From an uncultured Dehalococcoidales bacterium (GTDB taxonomy: Bacteria > Chloroflexota > Dehalococcoidia > GIF9 > UBA5629), in the NCBI GenBank assembly GCA_964413085.1, contig CAYPRI010000002.1, forward strand, positions 7,373 to 61,920: a stretch of 54,548 nucleotides of DNA, in the 5' to 3' direction. This document shows positions 36,818-47,208 of the stretch, piece after piece. The notes under the pieces are model-generated. The model did not search any database. It was not told the origin of the DNA and worked only from the letters and a program-made list of their open reading frames with translations. The translations under genes and the position numbers were made by a program. Within the stretch, counting starts at the first letter, position 1. Each line of letters opens with the position of its first letter.

Positions 36818-39800
36818 TTAATACCACTGCTGACGTCGCCTGTAAACCAATATCACCAAGCATAGCAACAGAGCAATAACGATAGTGGCCGCTGTAAGTG
36901 CCGGGCCTGCACGCGGATCCCGGTCCTGTCTGGCACCGGCCTTAAGTATTACGAAGCTCCCATTCTTATCCCCAACACTGACGTTATAAGTGCCCGGTTG
37001 GGACTTTGTTACAGTAAACCTAACGGGATACGCTGAGCCCGGACTGACCTCAACCGTCCTTTGTTGCTCCATCCTACCGTTTACGACAAGGACAACATTG
37101 TAACTTCCGCTTGAGCCGCCGTTGTTGGTTAAATTGGCTAAGATTGTTACTGGTTTTCCGGCCTGTGCCTGGCTGGGATTGACGCTGACGTTATTAAGGC
37201 GCACATCAGGCGGCGGCAGTTGCTGTGGTTTCGCAGGCGATGGAGAAACTCGCCGTGGTGTGCGCAGCTCTGACGGGGTTGACTGCCGATTTGGAACCAG
37301 TATGGCTAGCTGTATCGGAGGTCCCCCCGGGTCGACTATCATTCTGTTGGCAATTCCGTCTGTATCACCCACGCCCCCGTCAGTCAGCTGGATGATGATG
37401 ACGTTATCATTATGGCTGAGAATGGGAATCTGATACCAGCCTATATCTTCCTGGTATTTCCAGTATTGCACACCTTCCGGTAAGGGTGAAGGGAAGGTGA
37501 TGGTTATGGTGGCCGTGGCCCCCGGATCGATAACCGTTATATCAAAGGCAAATAATCCGTGGGGGAAGCCAACCCCATCCGGCTTTCCCTCCGTGGGTAA
37601 TGTGCCTTCGGCTATAGCCGTCAGGTTGGTGATAATACCGATATCCGATGAAAAGGTAACCATGCCGGTACCCGTGGCTGAGGCCACAGATGCCACAGAC
37701 GGCGGTGCTTTGCCTATAGTAAAGCTTTGAGTGGCCGACCATGGACTGCGGATGATATCTCCCTCCACTGAGCCTACAGCTCTTAACCGCCAGAAATACT
37801 TATGGCCGCATTTCGGCTCAAGAGGCGGCAGGGAAATGGTCGGTTCCAGACCGATGGCTGGCATGTTGGGAGTGATGCCCAGGACGTTTAACACAGCATC
37901 TGGCAGCGTGCCGACCCAGCCTGGAGAATTTTCTACAATTGCGGGTATGCCGCCGGGAGGTATCAAGAGACTAGGGCTGACGTTATCAGATGGCTGATAC
38001 CACGGGTTACTCCAGACGCCGGTAGTAAAATCGGCATCTTCGGCAATTTGAAGCTCATAGAATTTTTCGAAGCAGCCTGGCATCCAGCTCAGGCTAAACA
38101 TGGGCGGTCTGTGCGTGGCGGGGTCACAGGTGATTGACATCACTTCCATTGACTGCGGGGTGGCTAAGGCCAGGCAGTCCGTATACGTCCATAGCTGGCC
38201 AGCACTGGCCTGCGGATTGTAATCTCTGTCATCTACGAAATACAACGGTGTGGCCTGCCATGTCTGCCCCTCGGAAAGCTTAAGCGAATTAGGTTGCAGT
38301 CCCAGGCGAACTGAGAAATCTGACAGGTCCGAGATAAGCGCATCCCATTCACCGTTATCTCCGGGTATACTCACAGCCGGATTAAGTGTACGCTCCACAA
38401 ATAAAGGATTAGCTGCGTACAGCGGTCCTTTGGAGCTGGTTGCCAGGCCGCAATAGCCCAGCTGCAGCGGTTTGAGGTCTGTCCATTGGCCGAAGGCGGG
38501 CAGCGTATTTCGATAAATTGAGCCGCCTGGATTTTGCTGAGTCGCTGCATAAATGACTCCGTTAGCGGCGAAGTTACTATCGAAGGCAACCAGCATGTTA
38601 CCCGAGTTCAATGTTTCGTTAATGGGCATAAAAGACCCGGCGGCATCGGCAGAATAAGACACCGGATAACTTGATGATGTGCTGCCGCCAACCAGTACCT
38701 TGCCCTCGGGCACGGCAGCAATTGAATAGCCCGCGCCCAGTCCACAGTCAATGGAGGGGAAGGAGGAACTCCATGCGACACCCATATATACCATCTTCTG
38801 TACCATTCCGCTTGAATTGAGGAAATACATAGTACTTCTGGACTCAAAGCAGAAATCCTGAATCGAACCTCTAGGCATTAACATCGCCCAGTAGTCGCCA
38901 TAGTCCGGTGACCAGGCAGCCAGGCCGTGAGGTAAGCTGCTGCCCGGATCGTAAACTCCCCAGGCCACAAGCTCTCCGGTTTTGTCGTCATATGCCGCCG
39001 TCCTGAGCAGCGCTATATTCGTTTGCTGATCGGCGCAGGAGAAGCTAGTATTATGAGTAAATACTCTCTCCCAGATAGTACCCACAGGTGCTGATATAAA
39101 AGGCGTTACAACTTCCGAATTGCTGCTGGAGCGCCACACGCTATCGAAACCGGTGCAACCGCCGCCGGCGACATCGGCTTTATTAATCGATGCCAGATAT
39201 ACCGTGGATGAATCAGCGGATGGAGCCACGTCGGTCAGCTTGTCTATCCTGGTGTCTATCAGCCCGATCTGGTTCCAGGTCTCGCCGTTATTGCGCGACA
39301 GACTGAGAGCCGATTCGTCGAGGGCAACGCTGGTTCTCAACGCCGACGGCCAGCGACCGGAGCCAAGAGCAGTGTTGACTCCGCCGTTCCTGAAATCGGC
39401 TGAACTTGTGCCGCAGTAGGCCCAGCCGCCAGTCGTCCAGGCTACCTGAGCATTGCCGTAGCCGCCTTTATCAATTGCAGTGCAATTACCCTGCGCCGCC
39501 GCGCCAGTTGCTGGCTTCAGTGCCGGATACCAGACAGGAATTGGATAGGATGTAGGTGAATCGGTAAACCAGGTTGGTACAGCAGCCTGGCAGGGATAAC
39601 CCAGTATCTCACCGGCCATCAGCTTACCCGCGGCGTAGTTGCCGAAATAGGCGATGCTGCAGATGGATTTATCAGCAATTCCCGAAGTATCCATAAGCGC
39701 ATAAACGCTAGAATCATCTATTCTGAATATGCCGTCTCGCGCAGTGCTGGCTTTAGTCGCCGCACCAAAAGAATTGAGGCTGATATAGGCACGGCGCAGC

Positions 39801-42800
39801 GACTGACCGTTGAAATCACGAGGTAATTCCAGGTCGGCATTGACAATGGTTGTCGCCTCTGGTGAAGCCGCAGATAGTGCCACAGGGTCTTTGACCTCGA
39901 TTCCGGGCAATGCAAAGACCCAGTTTGTAATATCATTAAATGCCGGGGCAAGGTCCCTCACGGCAATGTCGTAGTAGGTCGCATTATCGGTGCAATATAC
40001 AACTGCCAGGGAACCGTCGACAGGATAACTGGGGGAGAACCTCAGCGCCAGTATATCCGCATTGCTGGGAGCCGCCGTCTGAAGCTTCCACGAATTAGAG
40101 CTGGCAGTCTGCAGAACCCAGAGCCGGAAAGCTCCCGGCGCGCCGTCACGTACACCTACGGCCATGTCACTACCATTTCCGTAGTCCTTGGAAATATCGA
40201 TGGCGCCGATAAGAGCTCCTCCCGAAACATCTGAAAAGCTGGTGGATTCCCATGTCGCACCGCCATCCGTTGTCATCCAGACCTCAGCGGGGTCTGACGA
40301 AGCAACCGAACCGGTAACAACGGCTACCGTGTCAGTGTTATCGGGAGCTACGGCCACATCCCAGACGAACTGGTTGGCTTCTGGAGTGCCTGCAGATGTC
40401 ATGGCTGCGTGGAGCGCTGCATCAGGTGTATCGGTCCACACGGTGCCAAGATTCGATGATTTTCTTATCGCTTTGGCTGGCGTATCGACCGCCCATATAG
40501 TAGCCGCGTCTGGGGCCACAGCTATTTTGTTAACCTCTGAAGGCGATATTATTTCCCCTCCAACACTGGGTGTATTTATGGTGTGCCACTGGGTTTCACC
40601 GGGCTCTATCACCGGCGTAGGTGTTGGTCCGACGTCCCAGAACACTCTGACGCCCCTAGCTTTCAGTGCCGGAATATATTCGTCGATGGAAATCTGGCTT
40701 AATGGGTTGCCCATTAGATAAAGGTAATCACCATACGTGAGTCCTATGCCATCAATGAGCGGCTTGATATCTACTATCTGATTATTGTTTACGTCAAGCC
40801 AGGATAGTGTAATCAAGTCGGCAACCGGAGAAATATTACTTATCTGATTATTCGATAAATAGAGATAGGCAAGACTGGTCAGCCCGGACAACGGGGTGAG
40901 GTCGTTTATCTGGTTCGAAACCAGATAAAGGTTTCTCAGGTTTATCAGTCCCGAGATAGGCGTTAGATCGCTAATCTCATTGGAATCTAATCCAAGCTCA
41001 TAGAGATTAATCAGTCCTGCTACAGGAGTTAAGTCGCTTATCTGGTTAGACCCCAACCCCAATGCGGTCAGATTTATCAATCCAGCCAGGGGAGTCACGT
41101 CGCTAATCTGGTTAGAACCCAGCGATAGCCAGCTGAGGTTTGTAAGCCCCGCCAGGGGAGTCAGGTCGCTTATCTGATTTGAACCCAGATCGAGGCTGAT
41201 CAGGTTGGTCAGTCCGCTCAGCGGCGCTAAGCTGCCTATCTGATTGCCGTAAAGATAAAGACTGTGGAGGTTAGTTAAACCTGAAATTCCCGTGAGACTA
41301 CTCACCTGGTTGTATCGCAGATACAATTCGCTTAGGATGGTGAGATTTGCGAGTGGAGTTAGGTCGCTTATCTGATTGGAGTTGAGCCCAATCAAAGTCA
41401 AATTAGTCAGCCCTGCAAGAGGCGTCAGGTCATTTATCTGGTTATTATCAAGATATAACGACTGCAGATTGGACAGTCCAGTCAACGGAGCTAGATTGCT
41501 AATCTGGTTACTGTCCAATTTGAGGCCGGAAAGTTCGGTCAGACCCGATAAAGGACTCAGCTCGCTTATCTGGTTGGAGCTCAGCCCAATCCAGGTCAGG
41601 TTAGTCAGCCCCGACAGAGGAGCCAGATTACTGATCTGGTTATTGCTTAAATCCAGCCCTCCCCAGCCACTGCCTAGTTTAGTTAATCCTGATAAGGGGG
41701 TCAGGTCGCTTATCTGATTGTTATATAAACCGAGCCAGGTCAAATTAATGCAGTATTCCAGCCCGGATAGATTTACGATTCCTCTGCCACCCGCGTTTAG
41801 GTATATCAAAGCCGCAAGCTCGGAAGAATGTATATCACCCGACGGTTTGTCTAAAGTATCCCGTATGGCGGCTTCCAGGTTGGCATCTGGAAAGGTGACC
41901 AACACCGGGTCATCCCAGGCCACAATTACGCCTCTGGCCTGAAGTGCCGGAATATACGTATCGACAGAAGTCTGGCTTAGTGGATTGCCGTTCAACCACA
42001 CGATATCGTCGGTGGCCAGTCCTGAGTTATTTACCAGAGGCTCGATATCGCTTATCTGGTTATCCCGCAGGTCAAGCTGATTAAGGTTAGTGCAATATTC
42101 AAGTCCACTAAGGTTTATTATTCCTCTGTTGGAAGCATTCAAGTTCCACAAATTTGCCAGTTCAGTTGATTTAATAATACCGGTCGGTTTGTTCAAAGCT
42201 TCCCTGACGGCAGCCTCAAGGTTGGCATCGGGGAAATTCACCGCCACACAACCGTCCCAAACCACGTTAACGCCTCTGGCCTGCAACGCCGGAATATATA
42301 CGTTAGCTGAAGTCTGGTTCAATGCATTGCCATTCAACCATACGATGTCATACTCCGCCAGCCCCGGATTATTTACCAGCGGCTGGATATCGCTTATCTC
42401 ATTATTTTCCAGAGACAGCCCAGTTAGGTTAGTCAGGCCCGCCAGAGAAGTCAGGTGGCTTATCTGGTTATTGTTCAAATGTAACCAGACAAGGGTAGTC
42501 ATACCAGCCACTGGTGAAATATCGCTTATCTGGTTATTGCCAAGGTCAAGCCAGAAAAGGTTGCTGAGTCCTGCCAGCAACGAAATATCGCTTATCTGAT
42601 TGAAGTTCAGAGCGAGTTGTTGGAGGTTGGCCAATCCAGCAAGTGGAGCTAACTGGTTGCCTATCTGGTTAGAATTCAGATAGAGGCTCCTCAGGTTTGT
42701 CATTCCCCCGATTAGCGTCAGGTCGCTTATATGGTTAGAGCTGAGGTCCAGCGTTTGGAGACCGGTCAATCCTGTCAACGGAACCAAATTGTTGTCCATT

Positions 42801-44221
42801 AGATTAGAGGCGAGGCCCAGGTACTGCAGGTTTGTCATTCCCGCTAACTGAGATATGTCACTTATCTGGTTATTCCCCAGATCGACTCCATAGAGATTGT
42901 TCAGCCCGGTCAGAGGAGCCAATTGATTGCCTATCTGGTTAGAATTAAGAGACAGCCAGTTGAGATTGGTCAATCCGGCCAAGGGCGATATATCGGTTAT
43001 CTGATTACTATAAAAATTGAGCTGGTTAAGGGATATCAGCCCCGATAAAGGAGTCAAGTCGCTTATTTGATTGTTGCCGGCATCGATTGATTTGAGGCTG
43101 GTCAACCCGGCCAAAGGTGACAAATTGATGATCTGGTTGGAACCAAGACCCAGCCACTGAAGGCTGGGTAGGCCCGCCAATGGGGTGAGGTCGCTTATCT
43201 GGTTATTGTACATATACAGGTTCTGTAGGTTTACTAGGCCAGCCAATGGGGTCAGGTCACTTATCTGGTTAGAGCCAGCATCGAGTTCTACCAGACCGGT
43301 CAGACTGGCTAGAGGAGTCAGGTTGTTTATCTGGTTACCGCCTATACGGAGTATCTGGAGGTTAGTCAGTCCGCTCAATGGCGATAAGTCGCTTATCTGG
43401 TTACTCCACATGGTGAGCGCCTGCAGACTGGTCAAGCCCGCCAGTGTGGTGAGGTCACTGATCTGATTGGAGCCCAGGCCCAGCGACTGGAGATTGACCA
43501 ATCCAGCTAGAGGTGTAATATCATTTATCTGGTTATTGCCCAGCTCCAGTACGGTAAGATTGGTCAGGCCTGACAACGGGGTCAAGTCACTTATCTGATT
43601 AGGGGATAAAGTAAGAAAGGTAAGGCTGGTCAGGCCAGCAATAGCGGACAGGTCGCTTATCTGGTTGGAGCCCAGATAAAGCTGGTCAAGATTGGCCAGT
43701 CCATCCAGGGGGGTCAGATCGCTTATCTGGTTACTGCTCAGATCTACGCGCATAAGACCAATGAGACCGGCCAACGGACTCAGGTCGCTTATCTGGTTAT
43801 TGTAAATAAGCAGCTCGGTCATGTTAATCAATCCTGCTAACGGAGTCAGGTCGTTTATCCGATTACTGCCCAAATTCATAAAGTTGAGGGCGGTGAGCCC
43901 TGCCAACGGGGTCAGGTTGCTGATCCGATTATTGTACAAAGATAGCGAGGTCAGGTTGACACAATATTCGAGTCCAGAAAGGTCCACAATTCCTCTACTA
44001 TCGGCAGAGAAATTGGTCAGTCCGGCAAGCTCGGAAGCATAAATATCGCCGGACGGTTTGCCCAGAGCGTCCCGGATGGCTGCCTCTAGATTGGCATCGG
44101 GAAAGGTGACCACCGTATCCGCCCGAGCCAAGCCCAAAGGCATAGCTAAACCTGCCAGCCCCAGAATTAACAGGAACACCATAACCACGGAGAAGCATTT
44201 CCAGGCTCCCAATTTAGTCAT
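36818..44221 (-). CDS. giant cell-surface protein: signal peptide, three LRR modules, Asp-box beta-propeller region, Fn3-like, Ig-like and CARDB-like domains, C-terminal TM anchor
   Basis: 2467 aa from the ATG at 44221 (SD AAGGGGG 5 nt upstream; the track start at 44239 is 6 codons earlier). There are dozens of 22-residue LxxLxLxxNQISDLxPLAGLTNL repeats. Asp-boxes: TTDGGATWES, SRNNGETWNQ. The CARDB-like segment is VSVNPSQAQAGKPVTILANLTNNGGSSGSYNVVL. The C-terminus is TAATIVIALLLCLVILVYRRRQQWY. Confidence 0.85.
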   Translation of the reverse strand: MTKLGAWKCFSVVMVFLLILGLAGLAMPLGLARADTVVTFPDANLEAAIRDALGKPSGDIYASELAGLTNFSADSRGIVDLSGLEYCVNLTSLSLYNNRISNLTPLAGLTALNFMNLGSNRINDLTPLAGLINMTELLIYNNQISDLSPLAGLIGLMRVDLSSNQISDLTPLDGLANLDQLYLGSNQISDLSAIAGLTSLTFLTLSPNQISDLTPLSGLTNLTVLELGNNQINDITPLAGLVNLQSLGLGSNQISDLTTLAGLTSLQALTMWSNQISDLSPLSGLTNLQILRIGGNQINNLTPLASLTGLVELDAGSNQISDLTPLAGLVNLQNLYMYNNQISDLTPLAGLPSLQWLGLGSNQIINLSPLAGLTSLKSIDAGNNQISDLTPLSGLISLNQLNFYSNQITDISPLAGLTNLNWLSLNSNQIGNQLAPLTGLNNLYGVDLGNNQISDISQLAGMTNLQYLGLASNLMDNNLVPLTGLTGLQTLDLSSNHISDLTLIGGMTNLRSLYLNSNQIGNQLAPLAGLANLQQLALNFNQISDISLLAGLSNLFWLDLGNNQISDISPVAGMTTLVWLHLNNNQISHLTSLAGLTNLTGLSLENNEISDIQPLVNNPGLAEYDIVWLNGNALNQTSANVYIPALQARGVNVVWDGCVAVNFPDANLEAAVREALNKPTGIIKSTELANLWNLNASNRGIINLSGLEYCTNLNQLDLRDNQISDIEPLVNNSGLATDDIVWLNGNPLSQTSVDTYIPALQARGVIVAWDDPVLVTFPDANLEAAIRDTLDKPSGDIHSSELAALIYLNAGGRGIVNLSGLEYCINLTWLGLYNNQISDLTPLSGLTKLGSGWGGLDLSNNQISNLAPLSGLTNLTWIGLSSNQISELSPLSGLTELSGLKLDSNQISNLAPLTGLSNLQSLYLDNNQINDLTPLAGLTNLTLIGLNSNQISDLTPLANLTILSELYLRYNQVSSLTGISGLTNLHSLYLYGNQIGSLAPLSGLTNLISLDLGSNQISDLTPLAGLTNLSWLSLGSNQISDVTPLAGLINLTALGLGSNQISDLTPVAGLINLYELGLDSNEISDLTPISGLINLRNLYLVSNQINDLTPLSGLTSLAYLYLSNNQISNISPVADLITLSWLDVNNNQIVDIKPLIDGIGLTYGDYLYLMGNPLSQISIDEYIPALKARGVRVFWDVGPTPTPVIEPGETQWHTINTPSVGGEIISPSEVNKIAVAPDAATIWAVDTPAKAIRKSSNLGTVWTDTPDAALHAAMTSAGTPEANQFVWDVAVAPDNTDTVAVVTGSVASSDPAEVWMTTDGGATWESTSFSDVSGGALIGAIDISKDYGNGSDMAVGVRDGAPGAFRLWVLQTASSNSWKLQTAAPSNADILALRFSPSYPVDGSLAVVYCTDNATYYDIAVRDLAPAFNDITNWVFALPGIEVKDPVALSAASPEATTIVNADLELPRDFNGQSLRRAYISLNSFGAATKASTARDGIFRIDDSSVYALMDTSGIADKSICSIAYFGNYAAGKLMAGEILGYPCQAAVPTWFTDSPTSYPIPVWYPALKPATGAAAQGNCTAIDKGGYGNAQVAWTTGGWAYCGTSSADFRNGGVNTALGSGRWPSALRTSVALDESALSLSRNNGETWNQIGLIDTRIDKLTDVAPSADSSTVYLASINKADVAGGGCTGFDSVWRSSSNSEVVTPFISAPVGTIWERVFTHNTSFSCADQQTNIALLRTAAYDDKTGELVAWGVYDPGSSLPHGLAAWSPDYGDYWAMLMPRGSIQDFCFESRSTMYFLNSSGMVQKMVYMGVAWSSSFPSIDCGLGAGYSIAAVPEGKVLVGGSTSSSYPVSYSADAAGSFMPINETLNSGNMLVAFDSNFAANGVIYAATQQNPGGSIYRNTLPAFGQWTDLKPLQLGYCGLATSSKGPLYAANPLFVERTLNPAVSIPGDNGEWDALISDLSDFSVRLGLQPNSLKLSEGQTWQATPLYFVDDRDYNPQASAGQLWTYTDCLALATPQSMEVMSITCDPATHRPPMFSLSWMPGCFEKFYELQIAEDADFTTGVWSNPWYQPSDNVSPSLLIPPGGIPAIVENSPGWVGTLPDAVLNVLGITPNMPAIGLEPTISLPPLEPKCGHKYFWRLRAVGSVEGDIIRSPWSATQSFTIGKAPPSVASVASATGTGMVTFSSDIGIITNLTAIAEGTLPTEGKPDGVGFPHGLFAFDITVIDPGATATITITFPSPLPEGVQYWKYQEDIGWYQIPILSHNDNVIIIQLTDGGVGDTDGIANRMIVDPGGPPIQLAILVPNRQSTPSELRTPRRVSPSPAKPQQLPPPDVRLNNVSVNPSQAQAGKPVTILANLTNNGGSSGSYNVVLVVNGRMEQQRTVEVSPGSAYPVRFTVTKSQPGTYNVSVGDKNGSFVILKAGARQDRDPRAGPALTAATIVIALLLCLVILVYRRRQQWY
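40640..44119 (-). repeat. degenerate 66-nt (22-codon) tandem periodicity encoding the LRR arrays, in three modules
   Basis: The core GTC(G/A)CTTATCTGGTT recurs on the + strand about every 66 nt. Conserved cap cassettes (FPDANLEAA(I/V)R...LSGLEYC.NL) lie near 44100, 42240 and 41900. Conserved tails (YIPAL(Q/K)ARGV.V.WD) lie near 42270, 41930 and 40650. Confidence 0.85.
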
Positions 44222-44621
44222 GTCTGCCCCCTTAACCATTATTAATATGTAATATAAAGCGATCAGGTGAGTGCCACAGTTGGCTTGGCTTCGCTCTCTG
44301 TTTTCTGACTTATAAATACAGATACCATTTTGAAAGACGGGAGTTATTCACCGTATGCCGGCCCGCTTTATATGATGGCTGCCCATTATATTCTTATACG
44401 ATTTATGTTGCGATGTTCGAAGTCGAAGAAAGTATACCCTCTACGTTCAAGTGTGTCAATAGGTTTCAAAGCTAATTCCGATTAGAAATACGGCATTGAC
44501 TTCACCCCCCAGTAAAGGATTATTAAACCTAGCCAGCTAAATAGTCGGAAATTGTAGGCTCATTTACGTATAAACCTTTGATTGGGGTTCTTCGTTTCTA
44601 GTTTTGAAAGGAGGTCTCCAC

Positions 44622-44762
44622 ATGCAAGCATACTGTGTTAAGTGCCGCACTAAAAGAGAGATGGGCAATCCCAGGTCCGTCAAGATGAAGAATGGCAAGC
44701 CCGCGACGCAGGGCACCTGCCCCAAATGCGGCACCAGAATGTTCCGGATAGGACAGGGGTAA
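44622..44762 (+). CDS. DUF5679-like zinc-ribbon protein (46 aa)
   Basis: Not in the ORF track. SD GAAAGGAGG lies upstream of the ATG. Translation MQAYCVKCRTKREMGNPRSVKMKNGKPATQGTCPKCGTRMFRIGQG has CxxC...CxxC and the MFRIG tail of that family. Confidence 0.65.
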   Translation: MQAYCVKCRTKREMGNPRSVKMKNGKPATQGTCPKCGTRMFRIGQG

Positions 44763-44787
44763 ATATCCGGGCCGCTGTAAATGACTG

Positions 44788-44824
44788 AAGCTGGGTTTCT
44801 CCAAGATACCCAGCTTCTTGTTTA
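44788..44824 (+). terminator. Rho-independent terminator between convergent genes
   Basis: GAAGCTGGGT (44788-44797) and ACCCAGCTTC (44808-44817) form a 10-bp perfect stem, followed by TTGTTTA. Confidence 0.55.
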
Positions 44825-44848
44825 TGGTCACAATTCTTTACGCATACT

Positions 44849-46951
44849 TCATGCTTCAGGACGGACTTCGTCGACGAGTTCGCAGCGGCCATAAAATCGG
44901 CAGGTATCACGGCCGTTATCCTTGGCCTGGTACATGGCGTTATCCGCATTCTTTAATAAAACTTCAATTTCTTTTCCGTCATCGGGGTAAACTGCAATAC
45001 CTATGCTCGTGGTTATCTTGAGCCGGTGGCCATCGAAAATTAATGGCTCCTGAAACATATCCAGTATTCTTTGTGCCAGCTTGGCGGCATCGTTTGGGCT
45101 GGAAATTTGAGGCAGCACCAGAACGAACTCATCCCCTCCAATGCGCGAAATGGTGTCGCTCTTACGCGTGACGCTGGTGAGCCGCTCAGCAACAGCTTTT
45201 AATAGCTCATCGCCTACGGAGTGTCCCATGGTATCATTGATAACTTTAAATTTGTCCAGGTCAAGCATGAGTACGGCCAGACGGTTACCGCTGCGCCGCG
45301 ACAGCGCCAATCCTATCGTCAGCCGGTCGCTAAGCAAACTCCTGTTGGGCAGGCCAGTTAAAGAGTCATGTGTGGCCATATCTGTCAGTTTTTGCTCGAA
45401 TTGCTTTCGCTGAGTAACGTCGCGGCTGACTGCCCGGAATCCCATAATCTTTCCCGACTTGTCACGCAAAGGCGAAACAGAATTTTCCACGAATATCTGC
45501 GTCCCGTCTTTCCTGACCGTAGCAAAAGGATAAGATTTCAACGGCTGGCCCGTCTTGTAGACTTTATTCCACGCCCTGTACACTCCTTTTACGTCTTCCT
45601 TTGGCACATAAACTCGATAGTTACTTCCAATCAATTCCTGTTCTGTGTAGCCGAACTGGCGGCAAGCTGCCCTGTTAACGAACTTGATATTGCCGGCGAG
45701 GTCCACCTCGTAGTAGCCTTCTTCAATCTCGGCGAGTATCGTCCGGTACCGCTCTTCGGACTGCTTTAAGGCCTCCTCCATCCGAACTCGTTCAGTAACG
45801 TCATGGCTAACTCCACGAAATCCAACTACCTCGCCCTTCTCACTACATAGCGGGAAAGCTGATAGTTCACCCACACCATCGCTGCTATCCTTGCGTATGA
45901 ATTTGAAGGTAAGTGCCCGAATTGGATGACCTGTAACATAAACCTGATTGAAAGCCTCATAAATTCTTTTGTGGTCTTCAGGAGCGGTGGTAACTTTGTG
46001 GTTCATACCGATGAGCTCCTCCGGCGTGTAAGCCACGCTACGGCAGAAGGCATCGTTTACAAAAGTATAATGTCCTCCCAGGTCAACCTCAAAATAGTCG
46101 TCGTGCGTTTCGTCCATGATAGTCCTGAATCTTTCTTCCGACCGTCTTAACGTTTCCTCCATCCGCATGCGTTCGGTAATATCTCGGCCGACTGCACAAA
46201 ATCCGATTATTTGCCCTTCTTGATTTCGCCGAGCCCGAACTGACAGTTCAGCGATTTCTGTGGTACCATCTTTTCTTAAAAGATGATAAGAAAGGCCTTT
46301 GAGTGGCTTACCCGTCTGGTAGACAGTATGGAAGTCACTATACATGGCATTGGCATCTTCCTCAGCCACAACAACCCGATAGTTCATACCCGTCAGTTCC
46401 TCTTGGGAATATCTTAAAGCCCGGCACATTGCATCATTGACGAAAGTAAAACTACCATCGAGCCCGGTTTCTAAATAGGTATCCTCCATCTCCTCCACCA
46501 TCATCCGGTATCTCTCCGCCGACTTCGCCAGGGCCTGTTCCGCCTGTTTCCGTTCCGTGATGTCCATGAAGCTGCCCACAGCTGACCGCTTGCCCCCATA
46601 CTCAATAGACGTTAGCCTTTCCAGAACCCAGATTATTCCGCCGTCTTTCCTAATAAATCGGTACTCATAGGGAAATGAACGGCCTGCTTTCAGGCTCTCG
46701 ATTGCCTGCTTCCGGACAACCTCCCTATCGTCTGGATGTACCAGGTCGAGGGCATAAAGGCCCAGCAGCTCTGACTCCGTGTAGCCGGTTAATTCCAGAA
46801 ACAGCGAGTTGATGTAGTAAAATCTTCCATCCTGGATAATATATATTCCGGTGCCGGCGCACCGAATTAGAGCTTGCGCCAGCTCTTCAGAACCATTCAC
46901 TCTGGCCTTGTTTTGTTTAACCATGTTTCTCATCTCTGAATGACTCAACAA
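44849..46951 (-). CDS. multi-PAS diguanylate cyclase (GGDEF)
   Basis: About four PAS/PAC units (repeated RSEERFR / QSEERYR linkers and DITER/DVTER boundaries). The C-terminal GGDEF domain has RIGGDEFVLVL. The exact start is uncertain: TTG 46951, ATG 46933 or ATG 46924. Confidence 0.85.
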   Translation of the reverse strand: MLSHSEMRNMVKQNKARVNGSEELAQALIRCAGTGIYIIQDGRFYYINSLFLELTGYTESELLGLYALDLVHPDDREVVRKQAIESLKAGRSFPYEYRFIRKDGGIIWVLERLTSIEYGGKRSAVGSFMDITERKQAEQALAKSAERYRMMVEEMEDTYLETGLDGSFTFVNDAMCRALRYSQEELTGMNYRVVVAEEDANAMYSDFHTVYQTGKPLKGLSYHLLRKDGTTEIAELSVRARRNQEGQIIGFCAVGRDITERMRMEETLRRSEERFRTIMDETHDDYFEVDLGGHYTFVNDAFCRSVAYTPEELIGMNHKVTTAPEDHKRIYEAFNQVYVTGHPIRALTFKFIRKDSSDGVGELSAFPLCSEKGEVVGFRGVSHDVTERVRMEEALKQSEERYRTILAEIEEGYYEVDLAGNIKFVNRAACRQFGYTEQELIGSNYRVYVPKEDVKGVYRAWNKVYKTGQPLKSYPFATVRKDGTQIFVENSVSPLRDKSGKIMGFRAVSRDVTQRKQFEQKLTDMATHDSLTGLPNRSLLSDRLTIGLALSRRSGNRLAVLMLDLDKFKVINDTMGHSVGDELLKAVAERLTSVTRKSDTISRIGGDEFVLVLPQISSPNDAAKLAQRILDMFQEPLIFDGHRLKITTSIGIAVYPDDGKEIEVLLKNADNAMYQAKDNGRDTCRFYGRCELVDEVRPEA

Positions 46952-47208
46952 TCTTTACGTAAGTTATCGCTAAATTAACTTAACTTAGTATATAGACCGA
47001 TACAGTCTCAAGTGAATAGCCCATAGGTAATTTTATGTCTGGCAAATTGGTACCTGGTACTGCGGGTAATTGAACAAACGATGCCGCCTGAATTTCACAA
47101 TTTTGTAACTTTTAATTCCGCAATTTGATGACTTTTTAATCTTGAACCTGATACTATTGACATAATAGTCATACTCATACAAACAGGTGACAGATGAGGA
47201 GAGTTCAG

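Noticed and set aside
40640-44119. A regular, roughly 66-nt recurrence of a conserved 15-20-mer (GTCGCTTATCTGGTT) that superficially resembles a CRISPR array.
   Set aside because: It lies entirely inside one uninterrupted 7.4-kb ORF. The period equals 22 codons. The 'spacers' are conserved at the protein level as LRR positions. There are no cas genes and no leader.
37122-44252. Many plus-strand ORFs (for example 40188-40721, 42090-42599, 43185-43466) with repetitive SLIWLL-type translations.
   Set aside because: They are antisense translations of the LRR repeat DNA of the giant minus-strand gene. Their periodicity is inherited from the sense strand.
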